Shown: positions 12,490 to 23,963, numbered from the stretch's first letter. The stretch: DNA of 58,548 nucleotides from Chiloscyllium plagiosum (GCF_004010195.1 NC_057719.1:87319317-87377864), one strand, 5' to 3'. Translations and numbers: made by a program. Notes: a model not told the origin generated them from the letters alone.

Positions 12490-13660
12490 GCCAAAAATAT
12501 ACTGTTACCCACAATTGTTCCAATTCCCAGCACTGAGCCCACTGTCTTGAATGTTATGGCTCTTCAAGTGCTCATCCACATACGTTTTAAAGGTTGTAAG
12601 GTTTTCTGCCTCATCTATCATCCCAAGCAGTGCATTCCAGACTACCAGCCTCTGAGCGAAAAAAGTTTTTCTCTCAACTTCCTGCCTTTCACATTAAAAT
12701 TCTGTTCCCTTGTCTTCAACTCTGGGAAACAGCTGCTTTCTATTCAGACTGTCCATGCCCTTCTAATCTTATACATCTGTATCATGTCTCCCCTCAAGCT
12801 TCCCTGCTCCAATGAAAACTATCTGAGCTTATCCAACCTATCTTCATTGCTAAACCACTCCACCCTGGTGAATCTCCTCTCCATCCACCCCAGTGCAATC
12901 GTATCCTTCCTAGAGTGTCGTGACCAGAACTTCATACAGTAATTCAGTTGTGGCCTAACTAAAGTCCTGTACCGATCCAGTATGACCTCCCTGCTCTGAT
13001 GATAATCTATGCCATGGCTGATAAAGCCATGCCTGTGCCTTCCTCATTCCCTGATTAACCTGCCTTCAAGAATCTGAGGACAAGCCCCTGCAGATCCCTC
13101 TGTTCCTCAGAGCTTACGAGTGTCCTGCCATTCATTGCCTTTGTCTTGTTTCTTCTTCCAAAGAGCATCACCTCACGTTTATCAGGGATAAATTCCATTT
13201 GCCACTGACCTACCCGACTGACTAATCCGCTTATATCCCCCTATAACCTGAGATCTTGCACCACACTGTCAACCACCTGGCCAACCTTTGTCAGCCGCAA
13301 ACCTACTTAGCGTCCTTCCACTTTATGTATATCATTTACAAATAGGTCAAGCAATAAGGGACTCAGCACTGATCTCTGTGGTACCCTACTGCAGTCCGGG
13401 CTCCATTGTGCACACAGGTGAAAGTGAGGGCTGCAGCTGTTGGAGATCAAAATGGAGAGTGTGGTGCTGGAAAAGCACAGCAGATCAGGCAGCATCTGAG
13501 AAGCAGAAGAGTCTCCGTTTTGAGGAGGAGGGACTTGTGCCCGAAATGTTGACACTCCTGCTGGGATGCTGTGCTTTTCCAGCACCACACTCTCGACTCC
13601 ATCACACTCACAGCCTTCTACCACCACACTCTGTCTCCTGTCAGCCCAATTTTGGATGTA
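12490..13660 (-). mobile_element. Old CR1 fragment carrying a palindromic Penelope-type insert (about 13418-13597)
   Basis: CR1 RT motifs on - (gtcagccgcaaac = FADD region); inverted arms gagagtgtggtgctggaaaagcacagca and tgctgtgcttttccagcaccacactctc. Confidence 0.7.
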
Positions 13661-13929
13661 AAACAGGGGAAGGTTTGAGCAATTGTGGGGAGGTGGTGTT
13701 GGGTTGGACTGGGTGGTTTTCGGTGGCAGAGAGCAAATGCAAGTAGTGGTGGTACATGCAGTGGGTGCGTGGAAGGACACTTACCAGGAATGCGGAAGGA
13801 GTATAGCGATGTGGGGATATTCTCAGCCTCAGAGGCGAGGTTCAGTTGGAGATGGGGCATGTGAATCCACTCTGGAGTGAAGCCTGGAGCAGGTCCTAAT
13901 ACTCACTCCTCATAAACCTTGTCTTGCAG

Positions 13930-14015
13930 CGGGAGATGGTCGCCGTGGTTACCCAGAAAGAGCGCCCTATGATGCCATTCACGTGGGTGCAGCTGCGGCT
14001 GTAGTTCCTCAGGAC
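13930..14015 (+). CDS. pcmtl: PIMT-like exon 6 ([29 protein letters not shown])
   Basis: ttgcag| and |gtaagc; motif [13 protein letters not shown]. Confidence 0.96.
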
Positions 14016-14375
14016 GTAAGCGAGTCTCTGTTTCTTGAATCTTCTAAACCCTGCTTCAGAGATCCTCACAGTCTGTTAGCAAGGAGAATTTCGGCTGCAT
14101 CAAGCTCAGAGTCCTTGTTCACAAAGTGTTCATACTCCACAGAGTTCACTCAAAGCATAAAATAGAAGTGGAACAGTACTTTCTTATTACATGACATTCT
14201 GCACTTGCAATAATTCCTATGTTGAAAGCATCATACTATTGTTGTTTTTCTTGAGAAGTCAGCCATTGTTTACTGAGAGGAACCCATGGTCTAATCAAGA
14301 CAGAAATGTTTGCATTTAACTTCACTCATTACATTTTGCCTCGACCATCAAAATCAAAGCTGACATTGCAATATG

Positions 14376-15468
14376 GTACCGAGGGAATGCCGCACTGTCA
14401 GAGGGTCAGTGCTGAGGGAGCGCTGTCGTGCTGTTGGAGGGTCAGTGCTGAGGGAGTGCTGCGCTGTTGGAGGGTCAGTGCTGAGGGAGTGCCGCACTGT
14501 AAGAGGATCAATGCTGAGGGAGTGCTGCACAGGTGGAGGGTCAGTGCTAAGGAAGTGCCACACTGTCGGAGGGTCAGTACTAAGGGAGTGCCGCACAGTC
14601 GGAGGGTCAGTCCTGAGGGTGTGCTGCACTGGTGGAGGGTCAGTCCTGAGGGTGTGCTGCACTGTTGGAGGGTCAGTGCTGAGGGAGTGCCACACTGTTG
14701 GAGGGTCAGTACGGAGGGAGTGCCGCACAATCGGAAGGTCAGCACTGAGGAAGTGCCGCCCTGTCAGAGGGTCAATACTGAGGGAGTGCTGCACTGTTGG
14801 AGGATCAGTGCTTGAGGGAGTGCCGCTCCGTCGGAGGGTCAGTGCTTGAGGGAGTGCTGCACAGATGGAGGGTCAGTGCTAAGGAAGTGCCACACTGTCA
14901 GATGGTCAGTGCTGAGGGAGTGCCTTTGCGTCGGAGGGTCAGTGCTGAGGGAGTGCCGCACTGTAAGAGGATCAGTGCTGATGGTGTGCTGCAATGTAAG
15001 AGGATCAGTGCTGAGGGAGTGCCGCCCTGTCGGAGGGTCAGCGTTGAGGGATTGCCGCCCTGTCGGAGGGTCAGCGTTGAGGGAGTGCCGCTCCGTCGGA
15101 GGGTCAGTGCTAAGGGAGTGCCACACTGTCAGAGGGTCAGTGCTGAGGGAGTGCTGCTCTGTCGGAGGGTCAGTGCTGAGGGAGTGCTGCTCTGTCGGAG
15201 GGTCAGTACTGAAGGAGTGCCACACTGTCGGAGGGTCAGTCCTGAGGGTGTGCTGCACTGCTGGAGGGTCAGTGCTGAGGGAGTGCCACACTGTCAGAGG
15301 GTTAGTGCTGAGGGAGTGCCGCACTGTCGGAAGGTCAGTGCTGAGGGAGTGCTGCTCTGTCGGAGGGTCAGTGCTCTGAGGGAGTGCCGCGCCGTTGGAG
15401 GTCAGTACTTGAGGGAGTGCCACACTGTCGGAGGGTCAGTGCTGAGGGAGTGCTGCACCGTTGGAAGG
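14376..15468. repeat. 33-nt minisatellite, about 33 units (gagggtcagtgctgagggagtgccgcactgtcg)
   Basis: Period 33 explains the spurious 11-aa-repeat ORFs in all frames. Confidence 0.95.
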
Positions 15469-16229
15469 TTGGGTTGTGGTGACCCTGATGCCCAACACCA
15501 GGAGCACCTTGGTAGCATCGCTATTGAATGGGAGCCTATTCCACTTGAATCCATCCTGAGCAATCTACCTGTCACAGTTTCATGTGGCCATGGTTGTGCC
15601 TATTGACACTTGTGATCACCACGTTGCATTCGTTCCACCTTCACCTTGCCAACACCTTCCCAACCTGTTGTGTGACCCTGCCATTGTGAGAGACAGGACA
15701 GATTCAGACCAGAACTCAGGTGAACTGCTGTGGGTTATCAGCAACAGCAGAATTACTATTATCTGTAATCCTATGATTCAATTCTTGTACAATCTTCAGT
15801 ACCATTTGTGACTCCACAGATATTAAAACAGTTCATATCCAAATTCAGCAAAGATTGGATAATATCCTGGCAAGAGCTAGTGAGTAGCCAATTTGAACCT
15901 CATGTGCCAGGCAGTGACTATCTCCGACAAGAATAGAGTTGAGCTTTAACAGGTGCCGCTCTAACAATATTCAGGAATCTTGGCAGCATCAGGATATAAT
16001 ACTCCACTAATGACTACCCCATTATTACATTCTGTGGGATCTCTCAGTGCAGAAATTGGTTGTTGCATTTCCTGCTTTGATGATTCTATAATGGTACATG
16101 AATGGCTGTGCTGTGGACAAGTTGGTGTCTTGAAGTCTCTGCTAAAATGAGAGACAATATTTCTTGATTCAGAGCAGGGTCAGAGATTCTGTAGCCATTC
16201 TGCCTGACCCTAGTCTGTTCGGCTCTAAG

Positions 16230-16478
16230 CCTGTACCTGTTCTATCTGTGCCTCAGTCTGTCTGGATGTGACCCCTGTACCCGTTTTGTCTGTCCCTCAG
16301 TCTTTACAGCTGTGACCCTGTGCCTGTTCTGAAGTCCCTCGGTCTGTATAGCTCTGTGACTCTGTACTCGTTCTGCCTGTCCCTCAGCCTGTCCAGCTTT
16401 GTGACCCTGTGCTTATTCTGTCTGTCCCTTGGTTTGTATAGCCCTGTGACCCTGTACCTTGTTCTGTCTGTACCTCAG
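16230..16478. repeat. Degenerate tandem repeat of about 44 nt x6, ending in the exon-7 acceptor
   Basis: Unit gtgaccctgtacctgttctgtctgtccctcagtctgtatagc. Confidence 0.8.
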
Positions 16479-16652
16479 TTGCTGCATCAGCTGAAGCCTG
16501 GTGGTCGTATGGTTGTTCCAGTTGGTGCAAGTGGGGGAAGTCAGTCATTACAGCAGTTTGACAAAAAAGCAGATGGAACCATTCTCCGCACCACATTGAT
16601 GGGAGTGATATATGTGCCCCTGACGGATCGGGACAGGCAGCTAGGAGGGTAG
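16479..16652 (+). CDS. pcmtl: PIMT-like exon 7 ([16 protein letters not shown]...[18 protein letters not shown]), with internal donor after 16648
   Basis: cctcag| acceptor; motif III LKPGGR and the YVPLT motif; TAG at 16650-16652 overlaps a GG|GTAGGT donor. Confidence 0.95.
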   Translation: MLHQLKPGGRMVVPVGASGGSQSLQQFDKKADGTILRTTLMGVIYVPLTDRDRQLGG

Positions 16653-17369
16653 GTGTGCACGCATTGGAGTGAAGGTGGGTTACATACTGGGAGGAGGGCC
16701 AGGGTCATGAATGTTTGGGGAAGGGGGGTCACTTATTGTGTCTCATCTGATGGAACTGACCCATGTTTTTAACACCAGTCTGAGATCCCACACAAAATCT
16801 CCCTGGGGTGTCACTTGAGGGTCACCTTGCCAGCTGAGACCCAGTTTGTCTGGAGATATGAGCTGGCCACTCACAATCCCCAGCTCTGCCACAGATGGCA
16901 CTGCAACAGGCCCTGAGCTGGGGATTATTGGCTTGAGGGAATGTCGGAACCTCGAACAGGGAGAAGAGAGATTCATTAGTTTTGTGTTTGGGGGTGGGGG
17001 GGGGTGGAGGAAAGCGTGGTGAGAGGATACTCTGTGTGGGACAAGAGGATGAAATTAGATTTTGGGGTATGAGAGGGTAATTAATGGGTGTGTGGGAGGG
17101 GGGGGAAGTGATAGGTGATTTGTCCTCACCTCAGGTGTTTAGATCTTTTATCCATGTTTGGACCAAGGCTGTCATGAGATCAGGAACTGAGAGGTCTGGT
17201 GCAGCCCAAATTAATTGCATGTTATTGCTGAGCAAGTGCAGCTGTCAATGACCCTCACCTCTGTTTCTTTGCTGATGATCAAAAGTAGACTGAGGTGACA
17301 ACTGGATTAGATTTAGTTTTGCTTTTTGTGCACAAGACATTTTGTTATTTACATAAATGATTCTAATGT

Positions 17370-18715
17370 GAACATAGGTATAGCTAGTAAGTTTGCAGAT
17401 GATACCAAAATTGGTGGTATAGTGGACAGTGAAGAAGGTTATCTCAGTGTACAATGGGAATCTTGATCAGGTGGGCTGAGAAGTGGCAGATGGAGTTTAA
17501 TTTAGGTAAATGTGAGGTGTTGCATTTTGGAAAGGCAAATCAGAGCAGGACCTGTACACTTCATGGTAAGGGAGTGTTGCTGAACAAAAAGATTGTGGGC
17601 GGCACGGTGGCACAGCGCCATAGACCCAGGTTCAATTCCAGCTTCAGGCGACTGACTGTGTGGAGTTTGCACGTTCTCCCCGTGTCTGCGTGGGTTTCCT
17701 CCGGGTGCTCCGGTTTCCTCCCACAATCCAAAGATGTGCAGGTCAGGTGAATTGGCCATACTAAATTGCACGTAGTGTTAGGTAAGGGGTAAATGTAGAG
17801 GTATGGGAGGGTTGCGCTTCGGTGGGGTGGTGTGGACTTGTTGGGTCGAAGGGCCTGTTTCCACACTGTAAGTAATCTAATCTAATCTAATCTAAAAAAA
17901 GTTCCTTGAAAGTGGAGTCGCAGGTAGGTAAGATAGTGAAGAAGGTCGAGAGTGTGGTGCTGGAAAAGCACAGCAGGTCAGGCAGCATCTGAGGAGCAGG
18001 AGAGTTAACGTTTCGGACATAGGCCTTTTAGCACCTGCTCCTCTGCTGCTTGACCTGCTGTGCTTTTCCAGCACCACACTTTTGACTTTGATCTCTAGCA
18101 TCTGCAGTCCTCACTTTCACCTAGTGAAGGCATTTGGTATGCTTTCATTTGTTGGTCAGAGCTTTGAGTACAGGAGTTGGGAGATCATATTGTGTCTGTA
18201 CAGGGCATTGGTTAGGTCACTTTTGGATATTGTGTACAATTCTGGTCTCCCTCCTATCAAAAGGATGTTGTGAAACTTGAAAGGGTTCAGAAATAATTTA
18301 CAAGGATGTTGCCAGGGTTTGAGCTATAGAGAGAGGCTGAATAGGCTGGGGCTGTTTTCCCTGAAGCATTGGAGGCTGAGGGGTGACCTTATAGAGGTTT
18401 AGAAAATCATGGTTAGGATAAATAGACAAGGTCTTTTCCCTGGGATGGGGGAGTCCAGAACTGGAGGGGAAAAATTTGAAAACAACCTCACGCAGAGGGT
18501 TGTGCATGTACGGAATGAGCTGCCAGAGGAAGTGGTAGAAGCTGGTACAATTACAACATTTAAAAGGCATCTGGATGGATATATTAATAGGAAGGGTTTA
18601 GGGGGGATATGGGCCAAGTGCTGGTACATGGGACCAGATTAGTTAGGATATCTGGTCGGCATGGACAATTTGGACCGAAGGGTCTGTTTCCGTGCTGTAC
18701 ATCTCTATGACTGTA
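17370..18715 (+). mobile_element. CR1 3' fragment with a nested HE1-like SINE (17597-17893) and a palindromic insert (17945-18121)
   Basis: KFADDTK...WQMEFN..KCEVLHFG; SINE with tRNA-like head and (TAATC)n tail; inverted arms. Confidence 0.85.
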
Positions 18716-18792
18716 TGTTTGCGGGATTAAGATGAGGATAATTAGTGTATGGGGAGGACCCTTTTGATGACATTATGCCTTTCATATTACAG

Positions 18793-18805
18793 GAGTGACC
18801 TGTGA
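18793..18805 (+). CDS. pcmtl: Probable alternative terminal coding exon of the PIMT-like gene (..G-S-D-L-stop); 3'UTR to about 19075
   Basis: cctttcatattacag|GAGTGACCTGTGA; a phase-2 join to 16648 gives QLGGSDL*, in the same position as the RDEL isoform of PCMT1; AATAAA about 245 nt downstream. Confidence 0.65.
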
Positions 18806-19049
18806 AGGAGGGAGGCAGATTCTTACCAACACCCTGAGAAGGAGCTGACTCTGTGACTGACCTACATTGTGTTTTGATCTCAGTATCACTTTCGCTCGAT
18901 GGAAATCAGTGCTGAGCCTTAGGTTTGGATGGTGGGGTGTGGGGCTACACTTGGATATCAGTGAACTGGTTTGAATGCGCGTGGTCAGTATCAATTACAT
19001 GATTGTAGAACAGCCCACAGCGTGTCTCTGCGGTGAAGACAGAATCTAC

Positions 19050-19055
19050 AATAAA
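19050..19055 (+). terminator. Candidate polyadenylation signal of the PIMT-like gene
   Basis: AATAAA downstream of the putative last exon. Confidence 0.55.
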
Positions 19056-19577
19056 ATTTCTCCTTGGCTCATGACAACTTGAGCACTTCCTGTAACAGTC
19101 AGAGCAGCTTACCTTCCCCTCTTCCTCACTCCAATGACACCACCTGGCACCATCCACACCCTCTGTTTCCCTCCCCTGCTGAAAGTTTGAACCCCTTTTG
19201 GGAGTTGCCAATCTGTCCAAGGCACCTGGGGGGGATGGCATCCAATTGTACTTCTGGGTCAGAGAGTGGGCAGGAACAGTCAATTCTGTGAGAGCTGACT
19301 AATGTTGCAGTTTGTGATGGGGCTGAGACTGGCTCAGGCTTTATGGGTAAAAGGTGAGGGGTAGTTATAGCCTCCCAGCTATAAAGGTCTCATCAGAGTG
19401 AGCAGGCAGGATTCTTGTTTATTTGTTCATTGGATCTGAATTGCTGATTCCTATTTGCCCTTGAGGAGGCACCAGCAAGTTGTATTCTTGGGCTGCAGGT
19501 ATATCCACAGTGCCATTTGGGAGCAATTTCCAGGATTTTGACCCAGCAGCAGTAAGGAACCGTGATATTTCCAGGTA

Positions 19578-20667
19578 GATTGAGTGAATCCTTAGAGTAT
19601 AAAGGCAGTAGAAGTATACTTAAGGAAATCAGGAGGGCAAAAAGGGGACATGAGATAGCTTTGACAAATAGGGTTAAGGAGAATCCAAAGGGTTTTTACA
19701 AATACATTAAGAACAAAAGGATAACTGGGGAGAGAATAAGGCTCCTTAAAGATCAGCAAGGCGGCCTTTGTGTGGAGCTGCAGGAGTTGGGAGAGTCACT
19801 AAATGAGTATTTTGCATCATGTTTACTGTGGAAAAGGACATGGAAGGTATAGAATGTAAGGAAATAGATGGTGACATCTTGAAAAATGTCCATATTACAG
19901 AGGAGGAAGTATTGGATGTCTTGAAACATAAAAGTGGATAAATCCCCAGCACCGGATCAGGTGGGAAGCTAGGGAAGTGTTTGCTGGGCCACTTGCTGTG
20001 ATATTCGTATCATCGATAGTCACATGAGAGGTGCTGGAAGACTGGAGGTTGGCTAATGTGGTGCCACTGTTTAAGGGTGGTAAGGACAAGCCAGGGAACT
20101 ATAGACCAGTGAGCCTGATGTCGGTGGTGGGCAAGTTGTTGGAGGGAATCCTGAGGGACAGGATGTACTTGTATTTGGAAAGGCAAGGACGGATTAGGGA
20201 TAGTCAACATGGCTTTGTGCGTGTGAAATCATGTTTCACAAACTTGATTGAGTTTTTTGAAGAAGTAATAAACAGGATTGATGAAGGTAGAGCGTTAGAT
20301 GTGATCTATATGGACTTCAGTAAGGCATGTGTGGAACACTGGGTAACAAGGCTCGATCTCATAGAATACAAGGAGAACTAGCCCTAGGGTGGGGGAGTCC
20401 AGAACTAGAGGGTATAGTTTACGGTGAGGCAACTTTTTCACACAGAGGGTGGTACGTGTATGGAATGAGCTGCCAGACGAAGTGGTGGAAGCTGGTATAA
20501 TTGCAACATTTAAAAGGCATCTGGATGGGTATATGAATAGGAAGGGTTTGGAGGGGTATGGGCCAGGTGCTGGCAAGTGGGACGAGATTGGGTTGGGATA
20601 TCTGGTCGGCATGGACGGGTTGGACCGAAGAGTCTGTTTCCCATGCTGTACATCTGTATGACTCTAA
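19578..20667 (+). mobile_element. Intergenic CR1 fragment (RT N-terminal part joined to the 3' end by internal deletion)
   Basis: DWRLANVVPLFK...NYRPVSL...QHGF..SC.TNLIEFFEEV...DVIYMDFSKA. Confidence 0.9.
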
Positions 20668-20916
20668 CTCAGGGTGGTGTGGGTGGCTTGGAGCTGAACT
20701 TGCAGATAGTGGGGTTTCCTTGTCCTTCTAGATGGAGGTGGTCATTGGTTTGGAAGGTGCTTTTGAAGGAGTCTTCGTATGATATATTGTGGCATGGTTT
20801 GCTGTTCTGCGACTTGAGTGTTGGATGTAACTTCAGCAAGGACTGAGTGCAGGAGTTGATAACCCCTCTCTCGGAAGTGAAACCCAGAATGACAGACGTT
20901 CCATGCAAATTTCAAT

Positions 20917-20922
20917 TTTATT
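20917..20922 (-). terminator. Candidate polyadenylation signal of SPTBN5 (3'UTR about 1.5 kb)
   Basis: TTTATT on + (AATAAA on -) downstream of the stop at 22465. Confidence 0.45.
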
Positions 20923-22464
20923 GTGCTTTTTAAAGTTTAGAATACGAGTAACAGCGAGAGAATGACTTTTTCAGATACAGAGGGAAGGTTTTACTATTTG
21001 AATCAGGGGCTGAGGCAGCGGAGCTTAGGATGGCCGGAGGATGCAGTATTGTCCCTCTGGAGAATGCCACAGAAATTCCACTGCCTGTTGGCTCCTCTCC
21101 CCAAGCCTTTCACTGAGGCATATGTAGGGGCACCAGGGAGGCTCCTTTCCTCCTGGTACATGCTCCCAGATGTGGTGCATTTGCTCTGATCTTGTCCTCA
21201 GTCACCTCAGCTGGTGGTCCTGCTCCCCATCCTGAGAGAGCAATTAATTCAGCCATCAGCTGGGGAACAAAGCTCCCATCTTCGAGCTCAGGACTCAGCT
21301 AACAATGTCACGCTCCTCATTTCTGTTTGGAGAAGATTTAGCAGGTCAAGCCAATATGACATTGTAAGATGACCCTAATTCAGTGATGGAACAAATCCCA
21401 GTCGTAGAACATGAATTAACAGCAGCAAAATTAACTAAAAGCCGTCACAAAAATAGCATAATTAAATGACCTAAAGTACCTAATTGATTCGGATCACATG
21501 GATTTGGAAAGGATGGCAGCCTATTACAGTATTAGACTCTCAGTTTGACAGACGAGTTACAGACAGAAACATGGGACAGATACTGCTCACTCTTTTCATC
21601 ACATTAGGTAACAAAAAAAAAGTAAATTTTACAATGGAAGCCTTACCTAGTGGGGTTCTGACAAGATCTGAGAGTGTTGAAACTTCCCTTTTTTCTAGTC
21701 TATGACAATGGCTTTGATAAGGGGATCAATTGTAGTTAATCCAGGCTAATACAGATGTAATTACGATGGCAAAGTAAGTAGTGAAGAGAACACAGATTAC
21801 TGAGTGGTGTGAACGGATCTATTCTATAAGGAAGAACTTCATTTAAAAAATGACAAGTGCTTAGAGGGACTCAATGTTAATGTGTTGGCCCAGCACATTA
21901 ACTTGGGATGTTGGCCTTTCAATCAAAGTACAAGAGAAAAGAAATCTCACTGCAATGTTTTGAAGATCTGGGTTCCTTTAATGCAAGTGTAACTAAAGTC
22001 CACTAGAATAATTCCTGGATAAAGAAACTGCCTTATGAGGAGAGACAGTGAGCAGTATAGGCCTGCATTTCTGAGAGGTATTCCGAGATTGACCTCAATG
22101 GAACAGTTGGAATTCTCAAGATTAATTGGAAAGAAGCTGTAAGGAAGTTTCCTCTGGGCTAGTGTATGTGGAACCAGGAGGTACAGTCTCAGAATAAAGT
22201 TACTGCCACCTCGGACTGAAATAATGAGATTCACTCAGAGGGATGTGAATGCTGAGGCACCCAGTGGAGAGGATACTAAGGGAACTGAGATGTGGAATTG
22301 AGCAATCAGCTGCACGCTTAGAGACTGGAATAGGTGAGTCAGACGTTCACTATGTTCTAGAATGACGTTTTGCAGATATACACACACACACACTTGTGAA
22401 GCTCAGCTCCATGCATTTTCTGAAAATATATTACTATCAGAGGGAAGGCTAAGGCAGTTTCAAG

Positions 22465-22691
22465 TTACTTTTTTACAAAAAACTTCTTGAAAACATTCTT
22501 CTTCTTGCCACTGTCCATGTCTGTGTCCCGGGTGTGGTGCCATGTTGGCATGGTAAAGTTGCTGGGTGACCCTGTGCTCTCTGGTTCCCAGGTCTTGCGT
22601 CGGTTTTCATTCTCTTGTCGGTTGCCAGAGAGTCCAGGCTGCCTTCGCTCCACACACAGATCGGGAGTACTGCCCAAGGTCTGTCTGTTAC
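22465..22691 (-). CDS. SPTBN5: Beta-V spectrin last coding exon (GNRQ...DSGKKKNVFKKFFVKK*)
   Basis: gtgcctgtcag| acceptor, phase 1 matches the previous exon; basic/aromatic end resembles beta-spectrin C-termini (KRFSxFxKK type). Confidence 0.82.
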
Positions 22692-22983
22692 CTGACAGGC
22701 ACAAACAGTGACATATTAGGAATACTGGTCTCCCTTACGTACAGCTGTAAGTAACCCTGGGCTTAGTGAACAGTGACCCTCTCAGAATGTGGAATTAGGC
22801 ATGACACTGGGGTTCCTCTTTCATTGTAGTTGTGATCCACTGTGTGTGGTCTGCTTACTGCACTGACAGTATATTCCTGAAAACTACATAGTCTGCAGTT
22901 TTGAGGGGTCACTAGAAACAGACCCTCCTTTCGGCCAAAATGCGCTCACAAATACCTTGTAATCTACTTTATCATTAGAAATT

Positions 22984-23300
22984 ATCATAGAATCCCTACA
23001 GTGTGGAAACAGGCCCTTCGGCCCAACACTGACCTTCTGGAAAGTATCCCACCCAGATCCATTCCCCAACCCTATTACTTTACATTTACCCCTGACTAAT
23101 GCACTCAACCTACACATCCCTGTACAGGATGGGCAACTTAGCATGGCCAATTCACCTAACCTGCACATCTCTGGATTGTGGAAAGAAACTGGAGCACACG
23201 GAGAAAATCCACACAGACTGTCAGTCGTCCGAGGCTGTAATCGAACCCGGATCCCTGGCGCTGTGAGGCAGCAGTGCTAACCACTGAGCTACTGTGCCAC
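22984..23300 (-). mobile_element. HE1-like tRNA-derived SINE
   Basis: Reverse strand reads gtggcacagtagctcagtggttagcactgctgcctcacagcgcc...ggttcgat (A and B boxes). Confidence 0.85.
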
Positions 23301-23963
23301 TGTATATTTTCTACAGTCTTGGGCATCAGGTACTGATAACCAGTAGCTGTGCAAAAACCCTCTCAGAGCGTGGTAAAGGCATGATTTTGGAGATTGTACC
23401 AGGACCATCCTTTTGGCATAGCTCCTGCGCCTGGGTAGCTGGACTCTGATCCTGAGGGAATTAGTATGGTTCCTGGGATGCAGGATGGTAAAGCTTTTAG
23501 CTGGTCAAACCATGCATGCTGTGAGCTGGAGAGGATTGGGATACAAGGCACAGTGCCAGTGTGACTACTGTCTGGTATATTTCCACACCGGAGATTCACG
23601 GAGAAATGACAGCACTAACCTGCGTTCAGGCCATGATACCCCTGCTCCCCACCCATTGGATATTGGTGGGTGTTATAGTAAGTGTGAGGAGGTTTTGGTG
23701 GAGGAACTGACACTGACTGCGTGTCTCCTGTTGAGTTACTCTCAACACCGGAATCTGCAAAATGTACAAAGACACATCACGTCAGTGAATGGTGGAGCAG
23801 AGAATGTGGTGCTATCACTACACTGCCCACAGTACAGGAACCGTCTCTCATCACGCTGCCATATCAGCCCAGTAATTGTTCCTAATGCTTCGTGATGTTT
23901 CAAAACACTCACTAAGTTTTATGAACAATTATCTGAAACATTGTTTTGCCGATGCTGAGGTAC

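Noticed and set aside
14306..15606. Long Cys/Arg-rich ORFs (up to 269 aa) resembling keratin-associated or zinc-finger proteins
   Set aside because: A by-product of a stop-free 33-nt repeat that is open in most frames on both strands, inside PIMT intron 6
17597..17645. tRNA gene
   Set aside because: tRNA-derived SINE head followed by the SINE body; no full cloverleaf (same for the other SINE copies)
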